Origin: Eledone cirrhosa
Taxonomy: Eukaryota
Assembly: GCA_964016885.1 (NCBI GenBank)
Contig: CAXHJY010000135.1
Coordinates: 1-50,014 of the forward strand
Direction of reading: 5' to 3'
Length of the DNA stretch: 50,014 nt
In this document: positions 1-17,022 of the stretch, one piece after another
How the letters are laid out: every line of letters begins with the position of its first letter
Position numbering within the stretch: the first letter of the stretch is position 1
Notes under the pieces: generated by a model
What the model saw: the letters and a program-made list of their open reading frames with translations, nothing else
Database searches by the model: none
Told to the model about the DNA's origin: nothing
Position numbers and translations under genes: made by a program

Positions 1-186
1 GATTGGCAGTATCGGTAGAGGGTCGGACGCCATGCTTTGACACATAGAGTTACGGCCCTTGCCATTCTGAGTTCAAATCCCGCCGAGGTTGACTTTGCCT
101 TTCATCCTTACGGGGTCGATAAAATAAAGTACCAGTAATGCACTGGGTAATTGCTGGCCTTGTGCCTAAAGTAGAAACAATTATTA
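1..186 (+). mobile_element. tRNA-derived SINE, family 1 (cut by window edge)
   Basis: A-box-like TGGCAGTATCGG, B-box GAGTTCAAATCCC, body GCCTTTCATCCTTACGGGGTCGATAAAATAAAGTACCAG, tail GTAGAAACAATTATTA; about 10 copies in the window. Confidence 0.85.
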
Positions 187-615
187 GACGTAAGCAGTTT
201 TTTAGGCTGGGTGCTTGGCGTCTACTATATATTATTTGTGAGTGTTTTATGAGTACATTCATTTTAGGGGATTGCTGGAGATTCGGGAGATATTGTTTAG
301 AGGCTTTCACAATGTTGAAGTCCCTTGGGTTGTGAGTGACGACAAAAGGGATGACTGTTTTTTTCCATTTTATCTTGGTTTGTTTTTCTCGGTGTTGTCA
401 GTGGAATGATCTGGCCTTGGAGATGGCGCTGTCTTTTAAGGAACACTTTCAGTTCATATAAACATTGTTCTTTTAGTGTGGCGTGTGTTACAAGGATGCA
501 AATACACTTGCCATGTTAAAGGGAATATTCCTTTTGGTATATAAGGGGTGTGTTGATTGGAAATTCAAGTATTGGTGTGAGTCTATTGTTTGTAAAATAG
601 GTCTGTTTTGATATT
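187..615 (-). pseudogene. Decayed Penelope-like element ORF fragment (RT C-terminus/linker)
   Basis: Manual minus-strand translation across frameshifts gives [33 protein letters not shown] and VIPFVVTHNP..SRRQAPSLKN, which match Penelope-type RT thumb/linker motifs; frameshifts and a stop are present. Confidence 0.75.
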
Positions 616-718
616 TGTTATATATATATATAAATACATACATACATACATACACTTACACACATATATATATTTTTAAAATATATATATATATATATAT
701 ATACATATATATTCATAT

Positions 719-789
<71 letters not shown>

Positions 790-834
790 TATTCATATAC
801 ACACATGTATATATATATATATATATATTCATAT

Positions 835-875
<41 letters not shown>

Positions 876-922
876 TATACACACATATATATATAGATAT
901 ATATATATATATATATTCATAT

Positions 923-959
<37 letters not shown>

Positions 960-966
960 TTCATAT

Positions 967-1008
<42 letters not shown>

Positions 1009-1019
1009 AATATTCATAT

Positions 1020-1056
<37 letters not shown>

Positions 1057-1059
1057 TAT

Positions 1060-1093
<34 letters not shown>

Positions 1094-1108
1094 TCATATA
1101 CACACATA

Positions 1109-1201
<93 letters not shown>

Positions 1202-1429
1202 GTATGTATGTCTGTATGTAGGTGGGTGAGTATATATATATTTGTATATATATTATAATTCTCTACCAGACTTAATGATAGAGATCATGTTTTAAAGGTA
1301 AAAAACATACATGAATATATTACCAGCTATTTTATTCCCAATTTTTACTGTGAATACAAAGACACACACACTCACACAGCAACACACACATACACTTACA
1401 CACAGACATAGCAACACACACACTCACAG

Positions 1430-1465
<36 letters not shown>

Positions 1466-1748
1466 TTACACACACAGGCACAGCAAGACACACACATATA
1501 TGTATATATATATGTATATGTATGTATATATATGAATAAAAATACATGTATACATATACATATATATATATACATACATACATTTATATGTGTGTGTATA
1601 TATATATATATATTATTTCTCTGTTTTCTATTTCATATATTATCTTTTATTTATTCATATAGTGATTTATTATCTCTTTTATTATTTTTAATGCATACCT
1701 CTGTTACTGGGTGTTTGACAAATATATATAATAATATTTACTGCCTGA

Positions 1749-1793
<45 letters not shown>

Positions 1794-2021
1794 ATAATAT
1801 ATATACCTGTATCATTGTCTATATACACATATATAGCATATATAGATTTACTATACATTTATGTATATATATATGTATATATATATATATGTATGTATAT
1901 ATATTATATATGTATGTATATGTATGTATGTATATATATATGTATATATATATATATATGTATGTATATATTTATGTATGTATATATATATGTTTATATG
2001 TATATATATATATGTATGTAT

Positions 2022-2220
2022 ATAGTTTTAATATAGATGAGATTCTACAGGACTAGAACTGTTTCATTCTTTAGAAATCATCAGAAATCTCCTGATGATT
2101 TCATATAGATTCCTGATAATTTCTGAAGAATGAAACAGTTCTAGTCCTGGAGAATCTCTTCTATATAACTGTTATACTCTGCAATGTATTGAGTACCTTA
2201 CTTACTGTGGTTACCTCCGA
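2022..2220 (+). mobile_element. Penelope-like terminus family B with fold-back and hammerhead-like core
   Basis: ~56-bp imperfect inverted arms (about 2035-2090 and 2107-2162). Minus arm reads CTGATGA-tttctaaagaat-GAAAC. Plus arm has GAAACAGTT...AACTGT (stem III) followed by a tactc...gagta hairpin. Confidence 0.6.
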
Positions 2221-2236
2221 TATATATATATATATT

Positions 2237-2296
<60 letters not shown>

Positions 2297-2297
2297 G

Positions 2298-2371
<74 letters not shown>

Positions 2372-2372
2372 C

Positions 2373-2431
<59 letters not shown>

Positions 2432-2675
2432 GATATACATATATATATATATGTATATAAAGAAAAAGGGATGAAATCGCAGAAGAACTGCGAAACCGGT
2501 AAAGGAACCAAATAAATATATATATTTAAAAAAAATAAAAAAATAAAAAAAATGAAATAAAAATAAGACTCCAGTTGCATTTTCGATTTCATCCCTTTTT
2601 CTTTATACTTCCACTCGTGTAGGACACCTCGGTTATTTTTCATTTTGTAAAAAAAACCTCACTTTCTAATATATA

Positions 2676-2721
<46 letters not shown>

Positions 2722-2896
2722 TATATATATATCTATATCCAAAATTAAGATAGATGAAAAGAATTCAATCAGAATCGAAATTATGAGTGTCATTCCTTAA
2801 CGGAATGCGCCATATCGCCCGAAAATAAGCTATATGTATATATATATATATATATATATACATACACACATATATATATATATATGTGTGTATGTA

Positions 2897-2937
<41 letters not shown>

Positions 2938-2942
2938 ATGTA

Positions 2943-2985
<43 letters not shown>

Positions 2986-2990
2986 ATGTA

Positions 2991-3177
<187 letters not shown>

Positions 3178-3204
3178 ATGTATATATGTATATATATATA
3201 TATA

Positions 3205-3393
<189 letters not shown>

Positions 3394-3410
3394 ATATAAT
3401 ATATATATAT

Positions 3411-3467
<57 letters not shown>

Positions 3468-3477
3468 TATATATATG

Positions 3478-3518
<41 letters not shown>

Positions 3519-3617
3519 CTATATCCAAAATTAAGATAGATGAAAAGAATTCAATCAGAATCGAAATTATGAGTGTCATCCCTTAACGGAATGCGCCATA
3601 TCGCCCGGAAAATAAGC

Positions 3618-3666
<49 letters not shown>

Positions 3667-3671
3667 ATGTA

Positions 3672-3711
<40 letters not shown>

Positions 3712-3720
3712 GTGTATGTA

Positions 3721-3759
<39 letters not shown>

Positions 3760-3764
3760 ATGTA

Positions 3765-3895
<131 letters not shown>

Positions 3896-4010
3896 ATGTA
3901 TATATATATATATATCTATATATATATATATATATATATGTGTATGTATATATATATATATATATATAATATATATATTTGTATATATATATATATATAT
4001 ATATGTGTAT

Positions 4011-4078
<68 letters not shown>

Positions 4079-4080
4079 AT

Positions 4081-4131
<51 letters not shown>

Positions 4132-4139
4132 TAAATATA

Positions 4140-4278
<139 letters not shown>

Positions 4279-4308
4279 ATATTATATATATATATTATAT
4301 ATATTATG

Positions 4309-4347
<39 letters not shown>

Positions 4348-4382
4348 GTATGTATATATATATATATATATATATGTATATG

Positions 4383-4421
<39 letters not shown>

Positions 4422-4422
4422 G

Positions 4423-4623
<201 letters not shown>

Positions 4624-4624
4624 G

Positions 4625-4667
<43 letters not shown>

Positions 4668-4811
4668 ATATATATATATGTATGTATATATATATATATA
4701 TGTATGTATATGTATGTATGTAATATATATTATATGTATATATATATATGTATGTATATATATATGTATGTATATATATATGTTTATATGTATATATATA
4801 TATGTATGTAT

Positions 4812-5030
4812 ATAGTTTTAATATAGATGAGATTCTACAGGACTAGAACTGTTTCATTCTTTAGAAATCATCAGAAATCTCCTGATGATTTCATATAGAT
4901 TCCTGATAATTTCTGAAGAATGAAACAGTTCTAGTCCTGGAGAATCTCTTCTATATAACTGTTATACTCTGCAATGTATTGAGTACCTTACTTACTGTGG
5001 TTACCTCCGATTCATCCCGAATAACGTACC
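4812..5030 (+). mobile_element. Penelope-like terminus family B, duplicate copy
   Basis: Matches 2022-2220, with a slightly longer 3' end. Confidence 0.6.
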
Positions 5031-5199
5031 TATGTATGAATATATATATATATATATATGTATGTATATATATATATATATGTATGTATATATATATATA
5101 TTGTATGTATATATATATATATGTATGCATATATATATATATATGTATGCATATATATATTATATATGTATGTATATATATATATATGTATGTATATAT

Positions 5200-5237
<38 letters not shown>

Positions 5238-5246
5238 GTATGTATA

Positions 5247-5425
<179 letters not shown>

Positions 5426-5429
5426 TATG

Positions 5430-5649
<220 letters not shown>

Positions 5650-5650
5650 C

Positions 5651-5712
<62 letters not shown>

Positions 5713-5943
5713 TGTATACATATATATATATATATATATAAAGAAAAAGGGATGAAATCGCAGAAGAACTGCGAAACCGGTAAAGGAACCAAATAAATAT
5801 ATATATTTAAAAAAAATAAAAAAATAAAAAAAATGAAATAAAAATAAGACTCCAGTTGCATTTTCGATTTCATCCCTTTTTCTTTATACTTCCACTCGTG
5901 TAGGACACCTCGGTTATTTTTCATTTTGTAAAAAAAACCTCAC

Positions 5944-6061
<118 letters not shown>

Positions 6062-6225
6062 TATATATCCAAAATTAAGATAGATGAAAAGAATTCAATC
6101 AGAATCGAAATTATGAGTGTCATTCCTTAACGGAATGCGCCATATCGCCCGGAAAATAAGCTATATGTATATATATATATATATACATACACACATATAT
6201 ATATATATATATGTGTGTATGTATT

Positions 6226-6268
<43 letters not shown>

Positions 6269-6271
6269 ATG

Positions 6272-6319
<48 letters not shown>

Positions 6320-6358
6320 ATGTATATATGTATATATATATATATATATATATAGGTG

Positions 6359-6389
<31 letters not shown>

Positions 6390-6392
6390 ATA

Positions 6393-6602
<210 letters not shown>

Positions 6603-6627
6603 ATGTATATATGTATATATATATATA

Positions 6628-6666
<39 letters not shown>

Positions 6667-6685
6667 ATATATATATATATATAGA

Positions 6686-6717
<32 letters not shown>

Positions 6718-6736
6718 GAGAGAGAGAGAGAGAGAG

Positions 6737-6815
<79 letters not shown>

Positions 6816-6817
6816 TA

Positions 6818-6856
<39 letters not shown>

Positions 6857-6886
6857 ATATATATATATTATATATATATATATATA

Positions 6887-7036
<150 letters not shown>

Positions 7037-7170
7037 AATATATTATATATATATATTATATATATGTATATCTATATCCAAAATTAAGATAGATGAAAAG
7101 AATTCAATCAGAATCGAAATTATGAGTGTCATCCCTTAACGGAATGCGCCATATCGCCCGGAAAATAAGC

Positions 7171-7217
<47 letters not shown>

Positions 7218-7228
7218 ATGTATATATG

Positions 7229-7260
<32 letters not shown>

Positions 7261-7283
7261 ATATATATGTGTATGTATATATG

Positions 7284-7317
<34 letters not shown>

Positions 7318-7322
7318 ATGTA

Positions 7323-7423
<101 letters not shown>

Positions 7424-7445
7424 ATATATATATATATATATATAT

Positions 7446-7551
<106 letters not shown>

Positions 7552-7598
7552 ATGTATATATATATAAATATCTATATATATATATATATATATATGTG

Positions 7599-7637
<39 letters not shown>

Positions 7638-7667
7638 ATATATATATATATATATATATATGTGTAT

Positions 7668-7725
<58 letters not shown>

Positions 7726-7759
7726 GTATATATATATATATAAATATATATATATATAT

Positions 7760-7955
<196 letters not shown>

Positions 7956-8036
7956 GTATTATATATATATATATATTATATATATATGTATATTATGTAA
8001 TATATATAATATATATATATTATATGTATATGTATG

Positions 8037-8067
<31 letters not shown>

Positions 8068-8079
8068 TATATATATATG

Positions 8080-8134
<55 letters not shown>

Positions 8135-8144
8135 GTATATATAA

Positions 8145-8218
<74 letters not shown>

Positions 8219-8285
8219 GTATATATATTATATTATATATATATATATAAATATATATATATTATATATATATAATATATGTATG

Positions 8286-8320
<35 letters not shown>

Positions 8321-8337
8321 ATATATATATATGTATG

Positions 8338-8390
<53 letters not shown>

Positions 8391-8425
8391 GTATATATTT
8401 ATATATATGTATATATATATATATG

Positions 8426-8470
<45 letters not shown>

Positions 8471-8670
8471 ATATATATATATGTGTATGTATATATATAT
8501 ATATGTATGTATATATATATATATGTATGTATATATATATATGTATGTATATATATATATATATGTATGTATATTCATATATATGTATGTATATATATAT
8601 ATATGTATGTATATATATAGATATGTATGTATATATATATATGTATGTATATATATATATATAATATATG

Positions 8671-8704
<34 letters not shown>

Positions 8705-8819
8705 GTATGTATATATATATATATGTATGTATTATAATATATATATGCATGTATGTATATATATATGTATGTATATATTTATATATATATATGTATTTAT
8801 ATATATATATTATTGTATG

Positions 8820-8856
<37 letters not shown>

Positions 8857-8888
8857 GTATGTAAATATATATATATATGTATATAAAA

Positions 8889-8933
<45 letters not shown>

Positions 8934-9239
8934 TACATATACGTGCTATATATACAGAGCTATATATAATAAAACATGTCTATAGAATCACCAGATAAAA
9001 TATAAACCATTTCCTCTGCCAATTAGCATAATTAACCATATAAAAAATCGAATAGACCAGAGTATAAGAATAAGGCTTCTATGAAAAAATCTCCAACAAA
9101 TAACCGAGACCAGCCCTTCGCGCCGGCTGCGACGGAATATTTATCGAATATTTCGACAGCTTAATCGCCCAGATATACAGTCAATTAAACAGAATTAGGT
9201 GTCCAATAAACTAGGAGAAAAGAGAATACATTTATTTAC

Positions 9240-9312
9240 CTTGACCATGGTTTCGACCGCATTTAAGATATCCGATAACTTCGAAACCCTGAGCACCGGA
9301 CTCTTCAGGAGT
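9240..9312 (-). ncRNA. Minimal type I hammerhead ribozyme motif (Penelope-type)
   Basis: Minus strand: CTGAAGA-gtccg...cggtc-GAAAC-CATG-GTC; palindromic stem III ACCATGGT, GUC triplet; stem I imperfect. Confidence 0.6.
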
Positions 9313-9513
9313 TAGCTCAAATCTAGACAATAAATTTTCCAAAGTGATCGCGCCAAGAGTACATTCAAAAATGGCTAAGAATCGTGACGTAGCCAGCGGT
9401 CAGCTTGGAAGGAGTGTGGTTAGTTGCTTACGGCTGGTGGCTTTTTGCTAGAAAGCGCAGCGCAATACAGCCAAATTTGTATCTCAACCTAACGGGAGAT
9501 TATTACATATAAA

Positions 9514-9551
<38 letters not shown>

Positions 9552-9662
9552 ATATATATATACGTGTTTTGCAACGGGTCACTTTGTGCTCAATGAAAAG
9601 TTAATAAATTAAATAATCAGAGCTATATGTCATAAAACATGTCTATAGAATCACCAGATAAA

Positions 9663-9759
<97 letters not shown>

Positions 9760-9843
9760 TATATATGTGTGTATATATATATATATTTACACATATATAT
9801 ATATGTGTGTATATATATATATATATTTATACATATATATATG

Positions 9844-9885
<42 letters not shown>

Positions 9886-9915
9886 AATATATACATATAT
9901 ACATATATGTGTGTA

Positions 9916-9947
<32 letters not shown>

Positions 9948-9951
9948 CATA

Positions 9952-9987
<36 letters not shown>

Positions 9988-9992
9988 CATAT

Positions 9993-10025
<33 letters not shown>

Positions 10026-10202
10026 CATATATGTGTGTATATATATATATACATATATATATATACATATATGTGTGTATATATATATATACATATATAT
10101 ATATACATATATGTGTGTATATATATATATACATATATATATGTGTGTGTGTGTATATATATATATATACATATATATATATGTGTATATATATATATAT
10201 AC

Positions 10203-10233
<31 letters not shown>

Positions 10234-10239
10234 TACTTA

Positions 10240-10271
<32 letters not shown>

Positions 10272-10299
10272 CATATGTATATATGTGTGTATATATATA

Positions 10300-10350
<51 letters not shown>

Positions 10351-10403
10351 GTGTATATATATATATATATATATGTGTGTATATATATATATATATATGT
10401 GTG

Positions 10404-10438
<35 letters not shown>

Positions 10439-10493
10439 GTGTATATACTTATATATACATATATATATGTGTATATATATATATATATATGTG

Positions 10494-10525
<32 letters not shown>

Positions 10526-10645
10526 ATATACATATATATATATATATACATATATATGTGTATATATATATATACATATATATATATACATATATATGTG
10601 TATATATAATATATACATATATATATATATATACATATATATGTG

Positions 10646-10676
<31 letters not shown>

Positions 10677-11480
10677 GTGTATTTATATATATATATACAT
10701 ATATATTATATATGTGTGTGTATTTATATATATATATACATATATATGTGTATATATATTATATATACATATATATATGTATATATGTATATATATATAT
10801 ATACATATATATATACATATATACAGATACATATACATTATACATATATATATATATATAATATATATATATATACATATATATAATATATATATATACA
10901 TGTATATATATTGTGTTTGTTTTTTCCCTAGATATTTATCGGTATAAAAAATAATATATATTTATGAAGATAAAGTAATATAAAATAATGGTATACAAAA
11001 AAGCATTAAAAAGACTATCAGATAAATAAGATAATCTACACGTAACACAGTATATAATAATACATATAATAATATATACATAATATGATATATATACTTA
11101 CACATGTATATATATATAATATATATATATAACATATATATATATTATATATATATATAATATATATATATATATATAATATATATATATTATATATATA
11201 ATATATATATATATTATATATAATATATATATATAATATATATATATTATATATATAATATATATATATTATATATATATATATATATATAATATATAAT
11301 ATATTATATATATATATATATAATATATATATATATATAATATATATATATTATATATATATAATATATATATATTATATATATATAATATATATATATT
11401 ATATATATATAATATATATATATTTATATATATATATATATATAATATATATATATATATATTATATATAATATATATAT

Positions 11481-11518
<38 letters not shown>

Positions 11519-11696
11519 CATATAACATATATATATAATATATATATAATATATATATATAATATATTATACATATAACATATATATATAATATATATAT
11601 ATAATATATATATAATATATATCTAATATATATATATATAATATATTTATATAATATATATATATAATATATATATATAATATATATATATAATAT

Positions 11697-11739
<43 letters not shown>

Positions 11740-11833
11740 TATATAATATATATATATAATATATATATATAATATATATATATAATATATGATATATAAT
11801 ATATATATATAATATATATATAATATAATATAT

Positions 11834-11875
<42 letters not shown>

Positions 11876-11943
11876 TATATATATTATATATATAATATAA
11901 TATATATATATATATATAATATATATAATATACAATATATAAT

Positions 11944-11975
<32 letters not shown>

Positions 11976-12652
11976 ATATACAATATATAATATATATATA
12001 TAATATACAATATATGATATATATATATAATATACAATATATAATATATACATATAATATATATATAAATATGTATATATATATATATATATAATATATA
12101 TATATATAAGTGTGTGTGTGCATGTATGTTAATCATTTTTATTATAATAGACAGATGAGAAATTGCATTTGAGATTTAGGGACGCCCCTGTTGGACATAT
12201 TAGATGGTAGGAAAAATAGGGAGATAATTAGAATTCAAATAGATATAGTTTCGCTATGAACAAACTGAAAAATGTAGATTTTGTTCCCTAGCTACCGTAA
12301 ATCGCCTGCTCGACGCGACAATCGTTGTCTATGGAGATATTTCGCTGCCGTTAGGATGTCTGTTATGTTTTATAGACGGCTCTTTTGTTTCCACCATTTT
12401 ATAGATATTTCTCCAGGCAGGCATAGACATCAACGAAAAATATACCATAATAACATTGGTGATAATAATATTGATAATAACAATAGTAATAATGATTCCA
12501 ATAATAAAAACGTATGATAACATAACAAAACAATGTTTATAACGAAAGTAGTAATATAAAATGAAAGAAATGATATTATGATGAAGATCGTGAGGTAAAA
12601 ATTTTGATCGTATGATAGATAAGACGATGAATTGTATTACACAGAGGAAAAT

Positions 12653-12687
<35 letters not shown>

Positions 12688-12706
12688 TTGTGTGTCTGTG
12701 TGTATG

Positions 12707-12779
<73 letters not shown>

Positions 12780-12802
12780 CTGTGTGTATGTATGTATGTA
12801 TG

Positions 12803-12859
<57 letters not shown>

Positions 12860-12910
12860 CTGTGTGTATGTATGTATATATATATACTATATTATATATA
12901 TATATACTTA

Positions 12911-12950
<40 letters not shown>

Positions 12951-13364
12951 CATATATATATGTGTGTGTGTATGTATGTATGTATATATATATATATACA
13001 CATACATATATATGTGTGTGTATGTAGATAAATCTACCAAAATATACTGTAGTGTCCAATCCGTATGAAGAACTCAATGTAATCCAAATATCATGAAAGT
13101 TAATATATGGAACTTGTTCTTTGTTTTTATTTCATTGTTTTTATTAATTTTTATATATATGCATATATATATATATATATATATAACTTTGATAAGTTTC
13201 GCCCAATATTGGCCCAGTACTGGTCTAACTTAATAGCACCACCTGGCGAAGTTTTCAAATCAGGATTTGGACACCATGGCCGACTTAAATAGAAAGTTAT
13301 TGTTTTACTGAGCCATATATTGTTATACTTGGGAGGGTCATATTGTTGTAATACTATTGCAGAA

Positions 13365-13541
13365 ATAATTGTTTCTACTTTAGGCACAAGGCCAGCAATT
13401 ACCAGTGCATTACTGGTACTTATTTTATCGACCCCGTAAGGATGAAGGCAAAGTCACCTCGGCGGGATTTGAACTCAGATGGTAAAGGGACGTAACTATG
13501 CTGGAAAGCATGGCGTCCGACCCTCTACCGATACTGCCAAT
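13365..13541 (-). mobile_element. SINE family 1
   Basis: Reverse complement of the family 1 sequence, with a few single-base deletions. Confidence 0.85.
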
Positions 13542-13667
13542 AACAGACCATACTCACTGTCTGGTTGCTTTTCGCTTCTGTATCTTTTATCTCTCCATAA
13601 TTAATTCATTTGGCAATCAATGTTTATCATTGACTGACCAACGGTCAAAAATACAGATATAAATATA

Positions 13668-13775
13668 TATCTATATCCAAAATTAAGATTAATCAAATGA
13701 ATTTAATCTAAATCAAAAGTATGGGTGTCATGCCAGAAAGACATGCGCCATATCACCCGCTAAAATAAGCTCTAA
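13668..13775. repeat. Diverged copy of the 100-bp X repeat
   Basis: ATCTATATCCAAAATTAAGAT...ATGCGCCATATC..AAAATAAGCT, shared with 2733-2832. Confidence 0.7.
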
Positions 13776-14034
13776 GATTCTATCGAATAGGTCCGAGCAT
13801 TTTATAATAACTAGAAATTGATTAACATATAAATAAACATGAATAATCAGAGGAGATAGTTTTTACAAGTGTGTAACCACACATAGCTAGGTAGGTAACT
13901 AAATAAAGTTGACCAGAACTACAAAAATAGATACCTTATAATATGATTATATATATAGTGGAAGGCCACTGATGAAGGACAAACTTTTCCATATGTAACC
14001 CATTTGCAGCACCCGCGGGGTCCATTATTATCAT

Positions 14035-14121
<87 letters not shown>

Positions 14122-14122
<1 letters not shown>

Positions 14123-14240
14123 AAGGCGTGTGGCTGAGTGGTTAAAGAATTGGATTCGCAATCGTAAGGTTGTGAGCTTGATTCCTGGACCAGGCGATGC
14201 GTTATGTCCTTGAGCAAGACACTTTATTTCACGTTGCTTC
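14122..14240 (+). mobile_element. tRNA-derived SINE, family 2 (3'-truncated)
   Basis: TGGCTGAGTGGTTAA A-box, degenerate B-box, GTCCTTGAGCAAGACACTTTATTTCACGTTGCT core. Confidence 0.7.
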
Positions 14241-14391
14241 TACCTGGAGTTGCGACCGATAGATAGTATTACCAATTGGAAAGACCAACGGAAACATTGT
14301 TCCCTCGGTCCGATTTGACGAAAGTCGATCGTTCCTTTTTATATATATTTATATATACTCACACACACACACACATATATATATATATTGT

Positions 14392-14695
14392 GAAGGTGCA
14401 TGACTTAGTGGTTAAAAGCATTAGCCTCGATATCAAAAGGATGTGAGTTCGATTCTCGACAGAGTGATGCTTTATTTCACGTTGCTCCAGTTTACTCAGC
14501 TGTAGAAATGAGTTGTGACGTCACTGGTGCCAAGCTGTATCGGCCACTGCCTTTCCCATGAACATCATCGGCGGCATGGAGAAGAGAGACTGGTATGTAT
14601 GGCCCATGGGTCTTACTGAAAATAACCTCCGCGCCTCCGAGGGAAACTTTCTAGGTGCACATCACATGGTCATTCGTGACCGAAGGAGGTCGGTC
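14392..14695 (+). mobile_element. SINE family 2, longer copy
   Basis: TGACTTAGTGGTTAA A-box, GAGTTCGATTC B-box, CTTTATTTCACGTTGCTCCAG..CTCAGCTGTAGAAATGAGT. Confidence 0.7.
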
Positions 14696-14859
14696 TTCTT
14701 CGATATATATATATATCCAACAGTATAATTTAAATAAACGGTTGTTTTTCAATTTTTTCGGACATTCATTTGCATATTCACACAGAACTTTGAATTACCT
14801 TCAATAAAAAAATGTTTCCGCTATCCAGCGAACCTTCAACCGTCAAGGTTGTTTTTCTA

Positions 14860-15089
14860 CGGGTATGTCAACATTTATAAAACAAATTTTGTATTTTATC
14901 TGATGAAAGCGCACCAAAACTGCCTTGGTTGCCCTTGAAATATATATAATAAAATAATTATAGTTTTATAAATATAGTTTCCATTTATTAATATTTTGAA
15001 TATTTACTCCACTTATTTGTTGAGTGCTTTATATCAGTTATAAAACTTTTAAGCTTGTTGAATACCAACAAATGAAATATAACTTCTGC

Positions 15090-15090
<1 letters not shown>
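14860..15090 (+). mobile_element. Penelope-like terminus family A (diverged) with hammerhead core
   Basis: CTGATGA at 14900, stem II aagcgcaccaa/ttggttgccctt, GAAA at 14937, downstream actcc...gagtgctttatatcagttat. Confidence 0.65.
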
Positions 15091-15135
<45 letters not shown>

Positions 15136-15394
15136 GGTGTTGGATGTTTAAAGCGTCCGTATGCGGTAGGCCGTATGAGCACTCGATGCACTCGTGGAGC
15201 AGAGTATAATATCACAGAAAAAAGAGAATCAGTGTTGCGACGAAAGGAATTTATTGGACATATTACAAATGTATCTCGGGCGACCAGCTCGAGGCACGAC
15301 CGATATGATGATCAAACCTGACTCTGAAATCTCTCGGTCGTCGGATACGTCTCGATTCTACGAAGCAGATTTTCCTATTTTTTTTCTGTGAGAG

Positions 15395-15448
<54 letters not shown>

Positions 15449-15450
<2 letters not shown>

Positions 15451-15636
15451 GGTGGATTGGCAGTATCGGTAGAGGGTCGGACGCCATGCTTTCCAGCATA
15501 GTTATGTCCCTTTACGATCTGAGTTCAAATCCCGCCGAGGTTGACTTTGCCTTTCATCCTTACGGGGTCGATAAAATAAAGTACCAGTAATGCACTAGAT
15601 AATTGCTGGCCTTGTGCCTAAAGTAGAAACAATTAT
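15449..15636 (+). mobile_element. SINE family 1, full length
   Basis: Complete A-box, B-box, body and tail. Confidence 0.88.
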
Positions 15637-16344
15637 ATTGAATAATAACTTTTTCTATAGTGATTAAAACCATACATTTAGGCGACATATACATGTGTGT
15701 TTGTTTGTGTGTGGTGTGTGTTTGTGTGCCTGTGCGTACGCCATATTTTGCAAAGTCATTAATCTCGTCCGACAAATACGAGGACGAAACCTTTTCGAAA
15801 GTTGACTGAATAATATATAATATGTATTGTGTTACATATTTTATACAAACAAAATGCAGAGCTTAACAATTAAAATTCCGCTCCTTTAACGATGCGAGAC
15901 TTTGACTAAGCGACTGCCATTAACACAAACACATCACGAGTCCTCCAGTTGCCTATTATGGAATGAAATATAATAAATTCTGTGGCTTACATTGTAAATG
16001 GTTTTGGTTTTTTTATGATGGTTGACAACAGCGGAAAATACTCGTTTTATTTATATTCCAGTCTATTTATAAACTAAACACAAACATGTTTTTTTATTTT
16101 TAAAAAGACATGCACGGAATCGAATTCAGATATTACATTCCTCTCATAATTGTTTTAACAATCAATTGTAATGGAATGATGATATAATACAGAAGGAAGG
16201 GAAACTCCTGCTTTTCACAGTTTCCATGAAGCACTATGAGGCGCTGTCATATATTGAGCAATTCTCACAATGCTGGCTTCTCTGATAAAATAGCTGTTGA
16301 AGTCAAAAGAAAAGCTCTTTGTCCTATTACGTATATGATAGACA

Positions 16345-16377
<33 letters not shown>

Positions 16378-16381
<4 letters not shown>

Positions 16382-16951
16382 GATATTAATAAATGGAAAC
16401 TATATTTATAAAACCATATGTATTTCATTATACATATTTCAGGGATACCACAATAAATTATGGTATGCCTTTATCAGACAAAATACAATATATAACAGTT
16501 TTACAAATAAGTTTGACGTACCCTTTAAAATACAACCATTACTTTTGGAGGCTGTCTGGATAGTGATTTGTTCATATAATAAGTCATAGTGTTAAGCACA
16601 ATTAGAAAAAGACGGAGAGAAAGAAAGAGAAAAGAATTGTGCTTAACACTATGACTTATTATATGAACAAATCACTATCCAGACAGCCTCCAAAAGTAAT
16701 GGTTGTATTTTAAAGGGTACGTCAAACCTATTTGTAAAACTGTTATATATTGTATTTTGTCTGATGAAGGCATACCATAATTTATTGTGGTATCCCTGAA
16801 ATGTGTATAATGAAATAAATATGGTTTTATAAATATAGTTTCCATTTATTAATATCGTATATCTACTCCAAAAATTTGTCGAGTGCTTTATATCAGTTAT
16901 AAAAATTAAAATATTTACTTGTTGTATCCCAACAACTTTAAATAGAACTTT

Positions 16952-16955
<4 letters not shown>
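16378..16955. mobile_element. Fold-back Penelope-like terminus family A (~225-bp inverted arms, 31-bp purine-rich spacer)
   Basis: Left arm about 16378-16603 is the reverse complement of 16635-16860; right arm has CTGATGA (16761), stem II and GAAA (16798). Confidence 0.75.

Positions 16956-17022
<67 letters not shown>

Noticed and set aside
12150-12640. Host exons in unique islands (also 15780-16330, 17540-17900, 48700-49100)
   Set aside because: No recognisable protein motif and no consistent splice-site-plus-frame evidence; RNA-seq would be needed
15449-15540. tRNA gene
   Set aside because: The A/B boxes belong to a SINE head; there is no cloverleaf and the sequence continues into the SINE body
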